56,488 nucleotides of DNA from Nanobdellota archaeon (GTDB taxonomy: Archaea > Nanobdellota > Nanobdellia > Woesearchaeales > GCA-2686295): NCBI GenBank assembly GCA_018819065.1, contig JAHJQL010000062.1:1-56488 (forward strand). Direction: 5' to 3'. The translations under genes were made by a program, and so were the position numbers. Below are positions 19,449 to 31,400 of the stretch, piece after piece; positions within the stretch are counted from its first letter, which is position 1, and each line of letters starts with the position of its first letter. The notes under the pieces are model-generated. The model did no database searches and had not been told where the DNA came from. It worked only from the letters and a program-made list of their open reading frames with translations.

Positions 19449-19572
19449 TGCGAGGGACGGGATTTGAACCCGCGCAGCCACTAAGGCCTACGGCCCTCAA
19501 CCGTAGTCATTTGGTCTCAAAACGCTGATGACTTTTTAAAATCTTGATTTGACCAGGCTCTGACACCCTCGC
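19449..19572 (-). tRNA. tRNA-Leu (anticodon GAG) with a ~38-nt intron in the D-loop/D-arm (non-canonical position)
   Basis: Minus strand: acceptor GCGAGGG/CCCUCGC, T-arm GCGGG-UUCAAAU-CCCGU, anticodon arm UACGG-UUGAGGG-CCGUA (GAG with G37), long variable arm GGCCUUAGUGGCUGC, discriminator A. The D-arm UCAG-AGCCUGGUCAAA is separated from its 3' strand (A)UGA by about 38 extra nt (UCAAGAUUUUAAAAAGUCAUCAGCGUUUUGAGACCAAA). This insert contains GGUC/GACC and UCAA/UUGA helices flanked by AAA bulges. Confidence 0.75.
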
Positions 19573-19627
19573 ATAATTTTATTCATCTTTAATGATTCAT
19601 TATTGCGAATTAAAGCATCAAAAGCTT

Positions 19628-20368
19628 TTAGTTGGCTTTTAACAGTTTTGAAAGTTCTGTTAGTTTGTCAGTGAATATGTCTAGTGCTGTTGTAACCATT
19701 GTTTTACAGTCCATCTGACCCCATGATTCCACGTTAAATATGAAGTTTTCGTCGTTGTATTCTACTTTTAGTATTTCTTCGTTTACTCCTTCGCATGCGT
19801 CAACGAGGTTGTTTTGCAATATGCTTTTCTCATCTAGCTGTCCTTTCTTGTCAAATGCTTTTGGTGGGTACTTGTTTTTGAATTTTTCAAAATCTTTGTG
19901 TTTATTGTTTATTATTAGTGTTGATTCTTGAACGTAGTAAGCGGTTCCAGGGCTCCACTTCGTGTGTTCTGAGCCTATTCCAAGCATTGCTGTTGCTTCT
20001 AGTTGTAGCTCTTGTTTGTCTAGTAGCTTGACTATTGGCATATTTGGATATACTGGCTTGCATTTCTTGTCTGTCGTTTTTAGTTCTGAAGCATAAACAT
20101 ATCCTGGTCCTTTTGCTTTAATTGAAAATACTATTTTTGTCTTTTCATCCATGTTCGCATCAGTTTTTAATGGCAACAACCCTAATCTGTGGGCTATTAC
20201 TTCGTCATATAGTATAGAGTTGTTTTTTGAAAATGACACGTCTTCTATTGCTAGTGTTGGTACTTGTGCAATTATTAGTCTTCTTAAAGAGTTAACGTAT
20301 GCGTGGTCTATTCCTTTGACTAAGAAGCTCATCTTGTCTTTTCCTTTGGATAACAGTTTTACTTCCAT
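19628..20368 (-). CDS. rpoD: DNA-directed RNA polymerase subunit D (Rpo3)
   Basis: VKGIDHAYVNSLRRLIIAQVPTLAIEDV... The start is moved to the internal ATG at 20366-20368 (MEVKLLSKG), directly after the rps11 stop. Confidence 0.9.
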   Translation of the reverse strand: MEVKLLSKGKDKMSFLVKGIDHAYVNSLRRLIIAQVPTLAIEDVSFSKNNSILYDEVIAHRLGLLPLKTDANMDEKTKIVFSIKAKGPGYVYASELKTTDKKCKPVYPNMPIVKLLDKQELQLEATAMLGIGSEHTKWSPGTAYYVQESTLIINNKHKDFEKFKNKYPPKAFDKKGQLDEKSILQNNLVDACEGVNEEILKVEYNDENFIFNVESWGQMDCKTMVTTALDIFTDKLTELSKLLKAN

Positions 20369-20369
20369 T

Positions 20370-20768
20370 TTAGACTCTCCTTCCTCTTCTGCCGCCTTTC
20401 TTTCTGCAACCACCGTGTGGTATTGGAGTTACGTCTTCTATTAATCCTATTTTTAGTCCTTTTCTTGACAGTGCTCTTATTGCCGCTTGTGCACCTGGCC
20501 CAGGGTTCATTGGCCCGTTGTGGCCTCCTGGAGCTCTTATCTTTACGTGTAATCCATTTATGCCTTTATCTAAGCATACATCAGCGGCTTTTTTTGCTGC
20601 GTTCATAGCTGCTGTCGGACTTGATTCTAATCTGTGAGACTTAACTACTTGTCCACCACTTGTAAGGACTATTGTCTCTGTGCCTGTTATGTCTGTTATG
20701 TGTATGATTGTATTATTGTAGGATGAGAATATGTTTGCAAGTCCCCACCTGGTTGTGTCTCTAATCAT
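20370..20768 (-). CDS. rps11: 30S ribosomal protein S11 (uS11)
   Basis: 132 aa. [19 protein letters not shown], then ...[18 protein letters not shown] at the C-terminus. Confidence 0.9.
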   Translation of the reverse strand: MIRDTTRWGLANIFSSYNNTIIHITDITGTETIVLTSGGQVVKSHRLESSPTAAMNAAKKAADVCLDKGINGLHVKIRAPGGHNGPMNPGPGAQAAIRALSRKGLKIGLIEDVTPIPHGGCRKKGGRRGRRV

Positions 20769-21460
20769 TTTTTAGTCTCTCCTGCTTCTTTTTCAGGTTC
20801 TTTTTTTTGTGATTCTTCTTTTTTCTTTATGAGCGCTTCTTTTACTATTGCTTCTTCGTCTTCTGGAACTTCTTCAAATGCAACGACTTCTTCAGCAGAC
20901 ACTTGTTTTTTCTTGTCTTTCTTCTGCTGTTTTTCATCTTTTTTTAATTCTTCAAATCTCTCAGGGTGACTTGGGTTTGCTAGTGCGGAGTTTTGTGTAA
21001 ATCCTATCCTGTCTTCTTCGCCCGCTTTTACAAGGTATGATGGAACTGTTAATTTAGTCCCAGCCACTGTTATGTGCCGATGTATTATGAATTGTCTTGC
21101 TTGTTTTGTACTTCTCGCAAGGTTTTTCTTGTATAGAATTGTTTGTAATCTTCTCTCAAGGACATCTTTTACTTCTAATCCTAAGACTGAGTCTAGTTTC
21201 TGGTCTTGTTTTATGAGTCCTAGTGATAATAATTTTATTCTTAGCTGCTCTTTTTCTTTGTCTGCCTGTGCTCCGCTTTTAGCGTTTAGTTTTTTGACTT
21301 GCTCTTTTAGTCTTTTAAGAAATGATGTTGCAATCCATATCTCGGTCTTGTTTTTTAGTCCATACTCTTTTTTTAGCTCTATCTCCTGCAAAATCCTTGC
21401 TTTCTGCCAAGGATGTGATGGCGTGCTATACTTCTTCCGAATTTTTTTTGGGTCTCCCAT
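20765..21460 (-). CDS. rps4: 30S ribosomal protein S4 (uS4) with ~60-aa Lys/Glu-rich C-terminal extension
   Basis: [18 protein letters not shown]..., and an S4 RNA-binding domain ([30 protein letters not shown]). The tail [16 protein letters not shown]...[13 protein letters not shown] extends beyond the usual end. Confidence 0.9.
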   Translation of the reverse strand: MGDPKKIRKKYSTPSHPWQKARILQEIELKKEYGLKNKTEIWIATSFLKRLKEQVKKLNAKSGAQADKEKEQLRIKLLSLGLIKQDQKLDSVLGLEVKDVLERRLQTILYKKNLARSTKQARQFIIHRHITVAGTKLTVPSYLVKAGEEDRIGFTQNSALANPSHPERFEELKKDEKQQKKDKKKQVSAEEVVAFEEVPEDEEAIVKEALIKKKEESQKKEPEKEAGETKK

Positions 21461-21462
21461 TT

Positions 21463-21924
21463 TTACGTTTTAATAGTTGTTTTTTTCTTGACTCCTAATG
21501 AGCCTTTTCCTTTGTTCTTCCTAAAGTTTGACTTAGTTCTTTGTCCTCTTACAGGCAAGCCCCATTGGTGTCTAAATCCTTTGTAGGACTTTATTTTCTT
21601 TAGCATCTTGATATCATTGTCTTCTGTGAATTTTAAGTCTGGGCCGATTATGTGCTTGTCAAGTCCTGTTTCTGGGTCTTTTCGCCTGTTTAAAAGCCAT
21701 TCTGGCAGTCCTTTCTTGTCAATCTGGGTGACTGCTTCGTTTAGTTTTTCAACTTCATTGTCTGATAATGTTCCTGTTCGCTTGTTTTTATCAACGCTTA
21801 CTAAGTTGCAGACAGCGTTTGCCAGCATTAAGTGTATGCCCTTTATCTTTGTTAGTGCAAACATCACTTTTTTTCTGCCGTCTAAGTCAGTGCTTGCAAC
21901 CCTTACTAAGTGTTTAAATTCCAT
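21463..21924 (-). CDS. rps13: 30S ribosomal protein S13 (uS13)
   Basis: 153 aa. LVRVASTDLDGRKKVMFALTKIKGI and SYKGFRHQWGLPVRGQRTKSN. Confidence 0.9.
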   Translation of the reverse strand: MEFKHLVRVASTDLDGRKKVMFALTKIKGIHLMLANAVCNLVSVDKNKRTGTLSDNEVEKLNEAVTQIDKKGLPEWLLNRRKDPETGLDKHIIGPDLKFTEDNDIKMLKKIKSYKGFRHQWGLPVRGQRTKSNFRKNKGKGSLGVKKKTTIKT

Positions 21925-21955
21925 TTTATTTTTAACGACTTTTGAGAAATAGCTC

Positions 21956-21964
21956 TTAAATAAA
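21956..21964 (-). promoter_or_regulatory. TATA-like box of the S13-S4-S11-rpoD operon
   Basis: The minus strand reads GGTTTATTTAAGAG about 30-35 nt upstream of the rps13 ATG. Confidence 0.4.
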
Positions 21965-22061
21965 CCCTATGCGCTATTCACTCGGGCCGTGTTTTAACTC
22001 TTGGAAAAAAGAGTGGTTTATAAACTTTTTGAAAATTTTTCATTGATTATTCGTTGATAAA

Positions 22062-22071
22062 TTTTATATAT
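22062..22071 (+). promoter_or_regulatory. TATA-like box upstream of the first giant surface gene
   Basis: TTTTATATAT 33 nt upstream of the ATG at 22095, divergent from the r-protein operon promoter. Confidence 0.4.
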
Positions 22072-22094
22072 TATATGTGTTAATTTAATTATTA

Positions 22095-25000
22095 ATGTTT
22101 GAAAAGAGGGGTCAGTTCACTATCTTTGTAATCCTTGGGTTTGTCTTAGTGGTTGCTTTCGTGTTTCTTTTGTTTGTGCGAAGCTTCATATTTCAAGATA
22201 AGCTTCAGGCTGAGGCTCAAAGGACTGTTAATGAAGCAATTAAGAACACTCACATCGACTTATACGTTGAAAGTTGTCTTAACAGGGTTACTGACGACGC
22301 GGTTTACTTGTTAGGCTTGCAGGGGGGCGTTCTTTACAAGAGCCAGGGAGGAATCTACCCTGACCCTGAAGGTATTGGTAAGAATAACACCATCTACGTT
22401 AATGTCAGCGATCCTTACAATAACTCTTTTTATGGTTTTCTAAACATTTCACACGCAGTAGTTCCAAATCTAAATTATACTTGCATGTATATCAATGTGC
22501 CTTTTTATCCTTTTCCAAACACTAAGTTGGATGATATAATGGGTAAGTATGCCGAAGGATACTTTAACGTGACGAAAAATTGCAGTCGAGAATCAGGCGC
22601 CTTTGGCGTTTTTAACCTTTCAAAGCTTTGCAACCCCTATGGTACAAACAGGATTAATGTATCAGGGGAGGGGGGATTTCCATGCCCAGCAATTCATTAT
22701 GGAGAACTTACTGATAACTTAACCATTCAGCAACAACTAGAAGTGTACATTTCAAATAAAACAAGCGAATGTGTGAATTTCTCTATATTTGAAAATATAG
22801 GTTACAATATAACTATTATAAACAAACCAAACACCACGCTGACATTTGGAAAAGAAGGTTTTACAGTGCAGACAACATACCCGTTCAAAGTGAGGATTAA
22901 AGGCGAATCTAGAACTGCTTTTGCAGATTTTGAAGTTAGGAAAAAAATAATGTTAAAAGAACTATATAAATATCTATACAACTTAATAATGACAGAGTAC
23001 CAAGACTTATTCTTCGATATAGATCGGAAATATAAGTTCGAGACAGATTACAACCCTGCATATTCAATCATGAGATGGGACAACCCTTGTTTTCATTGCA
23101 GTGAAGGATACGGAAAATATGATAACCTATTCATAGTTATTGATAATCGAAGCGAGATAAGGGGAAAACCTTTAATATTCAACCTCGCGATAAAGAACAG
23201 GGTGCCTGCACTTGATTTTTACAGTACAGGAAACGCCGTTTATAACATAGTTGCTATGGAAGGTAGCCTCATAAATATAACACCATATGGAAAAGATCCT
23301 GATGAGACGCCTGAAAAATTATTCTACAATTATTCTGGCTGGAAAGAAGACTACGATGAATGGTTTAATGAAAGTTGTTGTGTAAAAATTAGTGGTGGTT
23401 GCAACGTTAATAATATTAAAACGTGCATGGTTTATAATGCAACTTTTAATAATAGTTGCTGTGCTATAACTTCTTCATGCTTGACTAATCCTTCTGTTTG
23501 TGTAATAATTAATTCTAAAAGCCCGCGTAATTGGTCTAATTCTGCTGATTATAAAAATAGCAAAATGAATGCAAGCTACAAAACAAATCGTTATGATATC
23601 GGACTACACCACCTTATTTTAAGCGTTGAGGATGAAGAAGGATTAAGGGATTTTCAAAACCTTTCAATAATAGTGTATGATATTCCAATACCAATACCAA
23701 ATGGTTCACATAACTACACTGACTCATTTCTAAACCATCAAAATGCATCCATAGAAGACAAATACATCTTATACTCTTTAAAATATTCAATTATGACAAA
23801 TATGACTGAGTTTGAATGGAATGATACAATAGAAGGATGGACTCATAAAACTTATCTTAACGAAACAATAATACCTGATGATATTATTGGTGCTCCTGCA
23901 GATATTATTGGCATAATAAATGATCAATTCACATTATTTAACAGATCTAAAAAAGAGTCAATACATAATCTTACATTAAAAGGAAAATATGATGACGCTG
24001 GTGATGATAAGTGGACAACTGGAAATCTGTTTCAAGTACAAGTAAATCTTTGTCTTCCACATAGAAATAAATCAACAGCTTCATATCCGTATAACAATCT
24101 AAGCAAGGATTTCTTTGTTGGATACAATTATTCAGGTATAGCTGACCCGTTCCAGGCAGATCATACATGCTGCGACGAAAACCACTATCCTACTGGCGAC
24201 AGTGGATATATTTACATGCCAAACACGACACTTTGCTTTAGCTATACAGAGTATGGAGACTTTAAGGCAATGAGAGCACGAGAGCAGATGTTTAATAAAT
24301 CTGGAAATGGTTTGCCAACTTCAATGGTCATTACCCCTCCAGGCACAAAATACACAGTCACAGGAAGAAACTTGTATAATGGACCACTTAACACCCAAAC
24401 AAATAATAACATAAACGACATCTTCAAAAGAGTCTTTGAAAGGTCTTGCTCAGGCGACAGAGGAAACATCTGCAACGGAAGCATAACAGAAACATTCATA
24501 CAACAAGAAGCTTGTGACCAAAATGGGATAGGTGTTACAGGTCAAAGTGAGACTTGCAGTGGACCAGGAATACCAAATGTGGGAAATTACATTGTAAAAA
24601 ATGAATCATTTACTTGTATTGATTATGCTCCGGGAAATAGCTTTGAAAAAGCGTATGGACTTAATAAGAGTGGCACAACAACAGCTGCAAATGGTACTTG
24701 TAATCAAAATAAAAAATGCTCTAAACCATCAAGTGTTGGTAGTGGTTATAAATCAAGTGGAGCATACTTATGTATTGGAACTTGCGACGGAGGTAGTTGT
24801 GGATATGCAAGAGACCAAGATTGTACTTGTAGCAAAAGCACTTGTGGTGCGGATTCTCTGTGTGATGGATTAAAAGCAACAGAACTTCCGAAACCACTAA
24901 ATAGGTGCTATGCAACTACTTATTATTTAAGTGAATGTAGCAAAAATAGTTGTCAACCTGTAAATGTACCAAGTCCAACATTTAAGTGTTCAGGAGCACT

Positions 25001-25379
25001 AGATTGTTCTTGTGATCCTAAATGTGATGGAAAAACAAGTGGTTATAATTTAGGATGTAATGCAAAAACAGGAGGAAAATCGTTTTTATTAGATGAATGT
25101 AGTACTGATGGAACTGTAAATGAAGAAACAACTTGTGCATCCCCAAGTTTAGGAACAGGATGTACAGGAGATTCACAATGTAATGAAAAAACTCCTGGTT
25201 ATAAATCTTGTATATCTGGAACAAAAAAAACTAATTGGATTTGTGATAACACTTGCAAATATATTGTTTATGGGGGAACCTGTCATATAGGATCATGTGG
25301 AGCTTCCTGTGAAACAAACGCTGATTGTACTGATCCTTCAAAACCAACTTGTAACCCAAATACTTGTGCTTGTGTTTAG
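22095..25379 (+). CDS. giant (1094 aa) pilin-like-signal surface protein with Cys-rich C-terminus
   Basis: The N-terminus MFEKRGQFTIFVILGFVLVVAFVFLLF is class III/pilin-like (basic tip, RG-Q, hydrophobic helix). There are very many N-x-S/T sequons. The last ~230 aa are packed with Cys (e.g. CIGTCDGGSCGYARDQDCTCSKSTCGADSLCDG, CETNADCTDPSKPTCNPNTCACV). Confidence 0.8.
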   Translation: MFEKRGQFTIFVILGFVLVVAFVFLLFVRSFIFQDKLQAEAQRTVNEAIKNTHIDLYVESCLNRVTDDAVYLLGLQGGVLYKSQGGIYPDPEGIGKNNTIYVNVSDPYNNSFYGFLNISHAVVPNLNYTCMYINVPFYPFPNTKLDDIMGKYAEGYFNVTKNCSRESGAFGVFNLSKLCNPYGTNRINVSGEGGFPCPAIHYGELTDNLTIQQQLEVYISNKTSECVNFSIFENIGYNITIINKPNTTLTFGKEGFTVQTTYPFKVRIKGESRTAFADFEVRKKIMLKELYKYLYNLIMTEYQDLFFDIDRKYKFETDYNPAYSIMRWDNPCFHCSEGYGKYDNLFIVIDNRSEIRGKPLIFNLAIKNRVPALDFYSTGNAVYNIVAMEGSLINITPYGKDPDETPEKLFYNYSGWKEDYDEWFNESCCVKISGGCNVNNIKTCMVYNATFNNSCCAITSSCLTNPSVCVIINSKSPRNWSNSADYKNSKMNASYKTNRYDIGLHHLILSVEDEEGLRDFQNLSIIVYDIPIPIPNGSHNYTDSFLNHQNASIEDKYILYSLKYSIMTNMTEFEWNDTIEGWTHKTYLNETIIPDDIIGAPADIIGIINDQFTLFNRSKKESIHNLTLKGKYDDAGDDKWTTGNLFQVQVNLCLPHRNKSTASYPYNNLSKDFFVGYNYSGIADPFQADHTCCDENHYPTGDSGYIYMPNTTLCFSYTEYGDFKAMRAREQMFNKSGNGLPTSMVITPPGTKYTVTGRNLYNGPLNTQTNNNINDIFKRVFERSCSGDRGNICNGSITETFIQQEACDQNGIGVTGQSETCSGPGIPNVGNYIVKNESFTCIDYAPGNSFEKAYGLNKSGTTTAANGTCNQNKKCSKPSSVGSGYKSSGAYLCIGTCDGGSCGYARDQDCTCSKSTCGADSLCDGLKATELPKPLNRCYATTYYLSECSKNSCQPVNVPSPTFKCSGALDCSCDPKCDGKTSGYNLGCNAKTGGKSFLLDECSTDGTVNEETTCASPSLGTGCTGDSQCNEKTPGYKSCISGTKKTNWICDNTCKYIVYGGTCHIGSCGASCETNADCTDPSKPTCNPNTCACV

Positions 25380-25463
25380 ATAATATCTCAATATAACTTC
25401 TTTTTCATGTGTCTTTTTTTCAAAAACTATATATAGGAGTAATATTCTTATCTTGTTAAAAAG

Positions 25464-28400
25464 ATGGTGCGGTTAGATTCGAAGTGGTTTTTGATAGTCT
25501 TTGTCTTAGTCTTATTCTTTATTAATAGCGGTTCTTCTTATGCTGCTGGAGAAGGTTGTTGTTGTTTTGACTTAAATTCTGATCCTGATGATCCTCATCA
25601 ACTAATTAGCCAAACAGTTTGTACTGCATTTGGCGGAATAAGTTTTCATCCGTTAATAATAGATAATGGTCTGTGTAGAAATCAATGTGTTCCTGTGTGT
25701 GATGTTAGTAAACGAAGTTGTGAACAAGCTGTTACTTGGTGTCAATGTGGAACTCAATTAATTGATGCTGACAGCCAATATTGTTGCGAGATGGAGTCGC
25801 AATTATTTTCTTCTAAAGATTTATGTACTGATTCTTGTGGTTCTTCTACACCTACTCACTTGTTGTATGGAACTGTCAAGGATACGTCTAATAATCCTAT
25901 TCTTGGAGCGTTTGTAAGGGTTGGTAGTGGTACTCCTGATCCATCAACAACAACTAATCTGTCTGGACATTATCGATTAACTGTTCCTCAAAGTCTTATC
26001 AGCGTTACTGCTGGAAAAACTCCTGGTTTTCTATCAAAAACCATTAATATTAATTTTTTTACTTCACAAGAGTATAACTTCGTTTTAAATGCTAGTTCAA
26101 CACAAACTTGTGGGCTTCCTAATAAGTGTTGTAACTCCACCCAAATATGTGTTAATAGTCAAGGATCTCTGGCTCAGTCTCTTGGTGCAAGGAATTGTAG
26201 TGTTGGTTGGAATTGTTATGAGAACTGTAGCTGTGTAGACATCTCTCTTCCTCCCGAGCAGTGTCTTCCTGGTTGTGACCACTTACATAATTCTATATGT
26301 GCGGCTGGTGTAAAAAAAAATTACAATTTAAATGATCCAGTTCAATACACTGAGTATTGTGCTGTTTGCACTGGTGATGCTGAATGTATTAACGAACCTT
26401 GCCTTAGCATAGGTGTTTGTGATGGTTTATGCAGCCCTAACTGTGACCCTGATGAAGATCCTGACTGTGGAAATAGTTGTAATTATGGTGGCAGTACTTC
26501 TTGGTGCAGTGGAGTTGGTGGTTTTATTTCACCAGTGAGTCCTCCGAATTATTCAGCACTAAACACAACTATTTATTGTAGTCATTGTACAAACCCAGGA
26601 CACCCCGAAACCTGTCCAACAACCATAATTGGTAGCAATACTTGTCAAAATAGTGTTTGGGATGCTGGGCGTGAACAGTGTGATAATACTTCTGCAAATC
26701 CAAATGGACCTTGTCCTTCTGGCGAGACTTGCGTTGGTTGTGAGTGTAAGGGTAACTGCACTTTAAGAGAGGCTCCAAAGGATTTGTTTGTTAAGAATGT
26801 TAAGAGGGAGCGAAAGATTAACCTTACATGGACCCTTGATGATCCCTTGTGCAATATTAGCATCAGTGAACAAACCATTCACAGATGTAAAGGGTTATCT
26901 ACTGATTGCAATGTTTTTCCAAGCACAAACTTTGTATCTATAAAAGAAAATATTCCTAATACTACAAGACAGCATAATGACACTGACAACATTGAAAACT
27001 CGACGTCTTATTGTTATGTTGTCTCTGCAATTTATGCTGATGGTGCTAGGCGTTCAAGCCTGCCAACTTGTGTTGGTACTGGCGTAGGTATCTGCATGGA
27101 TTACAACACACTATACCCTTCAAACCCAACCAGCATCTGCTATGATAATCATACAGCTACTTGCGATGATAACAACAGCATAAACACAATAACTAATTGT
27201 AATCCTTCTGCTGCTCCGGGTCGCTGCGTCCAATACCCTGATGATGCTGAGTGCAAGGGTGATGGCAACTGTCTTGACTGTAACAGCCTTTATGGAATGT
27301 TTTCTTACTTCACTCTAAGTGAAACTTATAGTTCAGAAAACTTCTTATGGGTTAATTACAGCTTTGAAGGAACTGCAGAGCTTCGTAGTTGCCGCTTATT
27401 AACTATCGATGATAATATATGCTATTTAGACACCACCACCACTAGCGTTGATGAAGTTGATAGGTGTATGAATGTCACTTCTTGTTATGATTATAAAGGA
27501 GAAGATGCTTGTTTTAGTGACAATTGTCATCTTAATACTTGCAGTTGGAAGAGTTTTAATTCAGAAACAAGTCTTGGTGTGTGTACTGAGACGAGCATTG
27601 ATAAGCAGAGGTGTGACTTGTGCACATCTGATAAGAACAATGTGTTCCCTTCCTGCAACAAGGACCTCTGTGAAACATTTGGTAATTGCTTTTATCACAA
27701 AGAGATTTTAACAAATAAATTTTTTTGTTCAAAGAATTCAGATATTAATTGTGAAAAATACACTGATAAAAAAGATTGTGTAAATAACAGTGATGTTTCT
27801 TTTGTCATTAATCACAGCGATAATTCTAACATTTCAACAAGCCAGGACTTCTTGGGTTTTGGTAAATGTAAATGGGATAATGGCAAGTGTTACAGGGATG
27901 CTGATGATAATTCGAATACTTTCCCAACCACTAACATAAAAAGGGACTGCCCCACCGGAGATTTGGTTTGCATGAAGGACTTTGGAAGTCCAAACACATC
28001 TTTAATGGTTGGGACAAACTTTAAGTCAGGGGCGAGGTTAAGGATAAATTATAATGTGAGAGATAAAAACGATTATTATCTTCCAAACGAATTAACCACT
28101 AAATATTGCATACTTAACAATACAGCAACAGAAACTTGTGGATATACCAACAGTAGCTCTTATGTTAATGCAACTGAACGTATTATTAAAAATGAATATG
28201 AGTACAAAACTGGATCTAATGATGATAATTATCCTCAAGTGTTAAAGTATTATTCTTATGATCCTGCTAAGAACTTAGAGGTTGTAAAGACTTTAAATTT
28301 CAATGTTGACAGAAAAAAACCTGTCCTTGACAATTTCTCTCACACAATTTCTTCAAGATTGTCAAATCTAAATAATGAAAATTCTTGGATTAGCGATTTA

Positions 28401-31400
28401 AATCTCTCGTTGACATTTCATGAAAATGTTACCTGCAACATTTCATTAGAGGAATCAGGTAATATTGTGCGTCAGCTCGAAAAGTTTTCTGGTGTGAACA
28501 CTTTTAACCTTTCATTCTTTGACTTGCATGATAGTAATTCTTACAAGTTGATACTAGACTGCTTTGATGATTACAACAACCCTTCAATAAACAGGTCTAT
28601 TGATTTAAGGGTTGAGGGTGATAAGAGTATAACTAATCCTTTACCTTTCCAAGAAAGATTCAATGTCACAACTGTGAATATCTCTGTTGAAACTCCTAAC
28701 GCGACAGGACCAGTTTATTGCAAGTATAGTACTGATAATAAGAAGTTTGCAGATATGAGCACTCCAATAAACATCCCAGTTCAGCACCGATTCCAGGGAA
28801 GCTTTACAGCGAGTAATAATAACAAGAACCACTCTGCAATTCTTATACTAGAAAACTCTGGCGTTTACCTCTTATACACTGCCTGTAACATTAGCTACCG
28901 CGACCCTCAGGGAAAAGAGTATTTTAAGGTTACTGAAGAAAATTTTGGTGACAGAATATTATTCTCTGTTGATTTGTTGCCACCTGTAACTTTGGTCAAC
29001 ACAACCTATCCAACACCAGAAAACGAAACTAGTTTTGAACCTTATTACCAGGATATAACCTTGAAGTTTAAATGCGCTGATATAAACAGGTATAGATCCG
29101 ACGATAATCATTTATGGTATATGAATATGTATGGTTGGAATGGCTCTTTTGGCTGCGGAAAAGTGTTTTTCTGCAACGTAACCGAAGGCCAAAATGATTG
29201 CTTCCCCTTAAAAAAGACAGACGACCCATACACGTTCAGCTTACGGTTCTCACAGCCTAAAATGCAGAATTACACAATCAAGTACTACTCTGTTGATGCT
29301 GGTGGAAACGCGCAAGCCACAAAAAGTAATATAATTAAGATTGACAACATACTAGCAAACTTGACTATGACTCTTAAAAAGAACGGCGCCATAGTTAGTG
29401 AGGTTGGTTATGGTGACTACGTAATCGATGTCGCATCTGATAAACCAATCGCAGCCATAACTAAGTTTGAGCTTAAAAAACCTGCTGCATTCACCGATAA
29501 TGTAAATGCTGTAATAAAAACTGTAGATATGGGTATTTCTGCAACTTATATAATACCTAATAATGCAACAAGCAGTAAACCTAAAGACAAGGCATTTTAT
29601 AATAACAATGATGGTCCTTTAAAGTTTGAAGTCTGGATAATTGACAGCCATCGTCTGGCATCTTCTAAGACTTTTAACTACACCTTTGATACTAGAAGAC
29701 CCGGCACACCCACTTTAGATCCTATATTTAAAGAAACAAATGAGGAAGGTTATCCTTTCAAGTACTCTTACAACAGTATAACTCTTGAAGATGGAACAGT
29801 TTATCCTGCAAAGACCTATTTTGTAAGAGACTCACAACTATTTGTAACAGGAACAACAGAGTTATCAACTAATCTTGGACTGGTTAGTTTATACTTGTTA
29901 AAAAGTGAGGATCCTGGTCTGTATCAAACAAACTTAAAGTATAATCAGACAAAGCAATCAAATAAGGGATCAGCAATAGAAACTGACAGCAAACAAACAA
30001 CATCTGACTTTTCAGCCGATAAAGGGGCAACTCAGATAAAGCTGCAAGGACAGCATCCTAACTGGGCGGCCGGCAAGTATATCACATTCTCTAAAGATGT
30101 TGGAAGAACAACTTATAATCACTTTGGAAAGTTTTACAGGATAACTAATAATGAATTTTTCGGACCTCAAAACCAAGAGACTAGAATAACATTTACACCA
30201 GGCTTAGAAACAAGCGTTGGAAGTAATCGTGATGTTTATCTTTATAATGAAAGTCACATGATTTACTGGTTTGGCATAAATATGAATACTGATTATAAAA
30301 ACCCGCCAGATAATAACAGTTACTTCTTAAGGGCTGGACTTCAAAATAAAAACGACTTCTCAGCTCTAACGATTAGTTATAACTTCTTCTTTGACAACAA
30401 AAAGCCAGACATACATCTAGTCACCCCTGCTTTTGGAGAAACACTTGTTAATGAACTACAACCTTTGAGTATTGAAATAAGAGAAGATGTTGTTGGCTCA
30501 GGAGTCAACAAAGACACTGTGAATTTATCAATCAAATATAATGACGGCGTCGAGAGCGTATACCGTGTCGATACTAATGGATTATTGTTAAGTTATGTGG
30601 GTGTTGAAAATAATGAGAGAAGATACCAATTAAATTATACTCCTAGCAGTCCTTGGGGACATGGAAATTATACCATAAAATTGTTCTTAGAGGATTACGC
30701 TGGAAACAGTTATGATGACCACGGATTGTTAAAGAGTTGCTACCCTTCAAAGGATGGTTGCTGTAATGACGCAGAAGACTCTGTGTGCGACCCTGACTGT
30801 GGACAAGACGCTGACGGAAGTTACATCTTTGGTAAGAGTGATCCTGACTGTCCAACAAATTGCAACTCCACAAGCGGTAACTGCTGTTTACTATTAACTG
30901 ACAATATTTGTGACGATGACTGCTATGACACATGGGATGTGGATTGCAGATGTAGTATTCCTGGTGCTTGTGATACTACAAATAACACTTGGTGTTATCA
31001 AGGAGGATGGATAAATAAAACTTCTGACGGCTCCAAAAAGTATTGTGATTTAGATGTTTGCGGAAATGAAGATCCTGATTGTTTCGATTGTGATAAAGAT
31101 CACGAAGGTGCCTGCAACACTCTAAATAACACTTGGTGCCACAACGTTTCAGGCGGATATTATTGGATTACTGAAGGTTACAATTTACAATGTGGACCTG
31201 TTGATAGTGATTGTCTGAGATTATACACTTACACTGCTTGCACTCAAAACTCTTGTGATGTCGAGAATCAGAAGGTTTGTTCAAACAGTTATTGGACTAA
31301 TCAAAACTATAGTGGCTTATGTAAGAGAAACGACTTCAGCTTCTATGAGTGCTTTGCTGGTGACTGTGACTTATTTAACAACTATGTCTGCTTAAACACA

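Noticed and set aside
24601-25224. Alternative-frame ORFs within the 1094-aa gene (24601..24873 +, 24721..24915 -, 25018..25224 -)
   Set aside because: They are nested in a continuous, much longer ORF with a coherent Cys-rich repeat structure, and they have no independent start signals.
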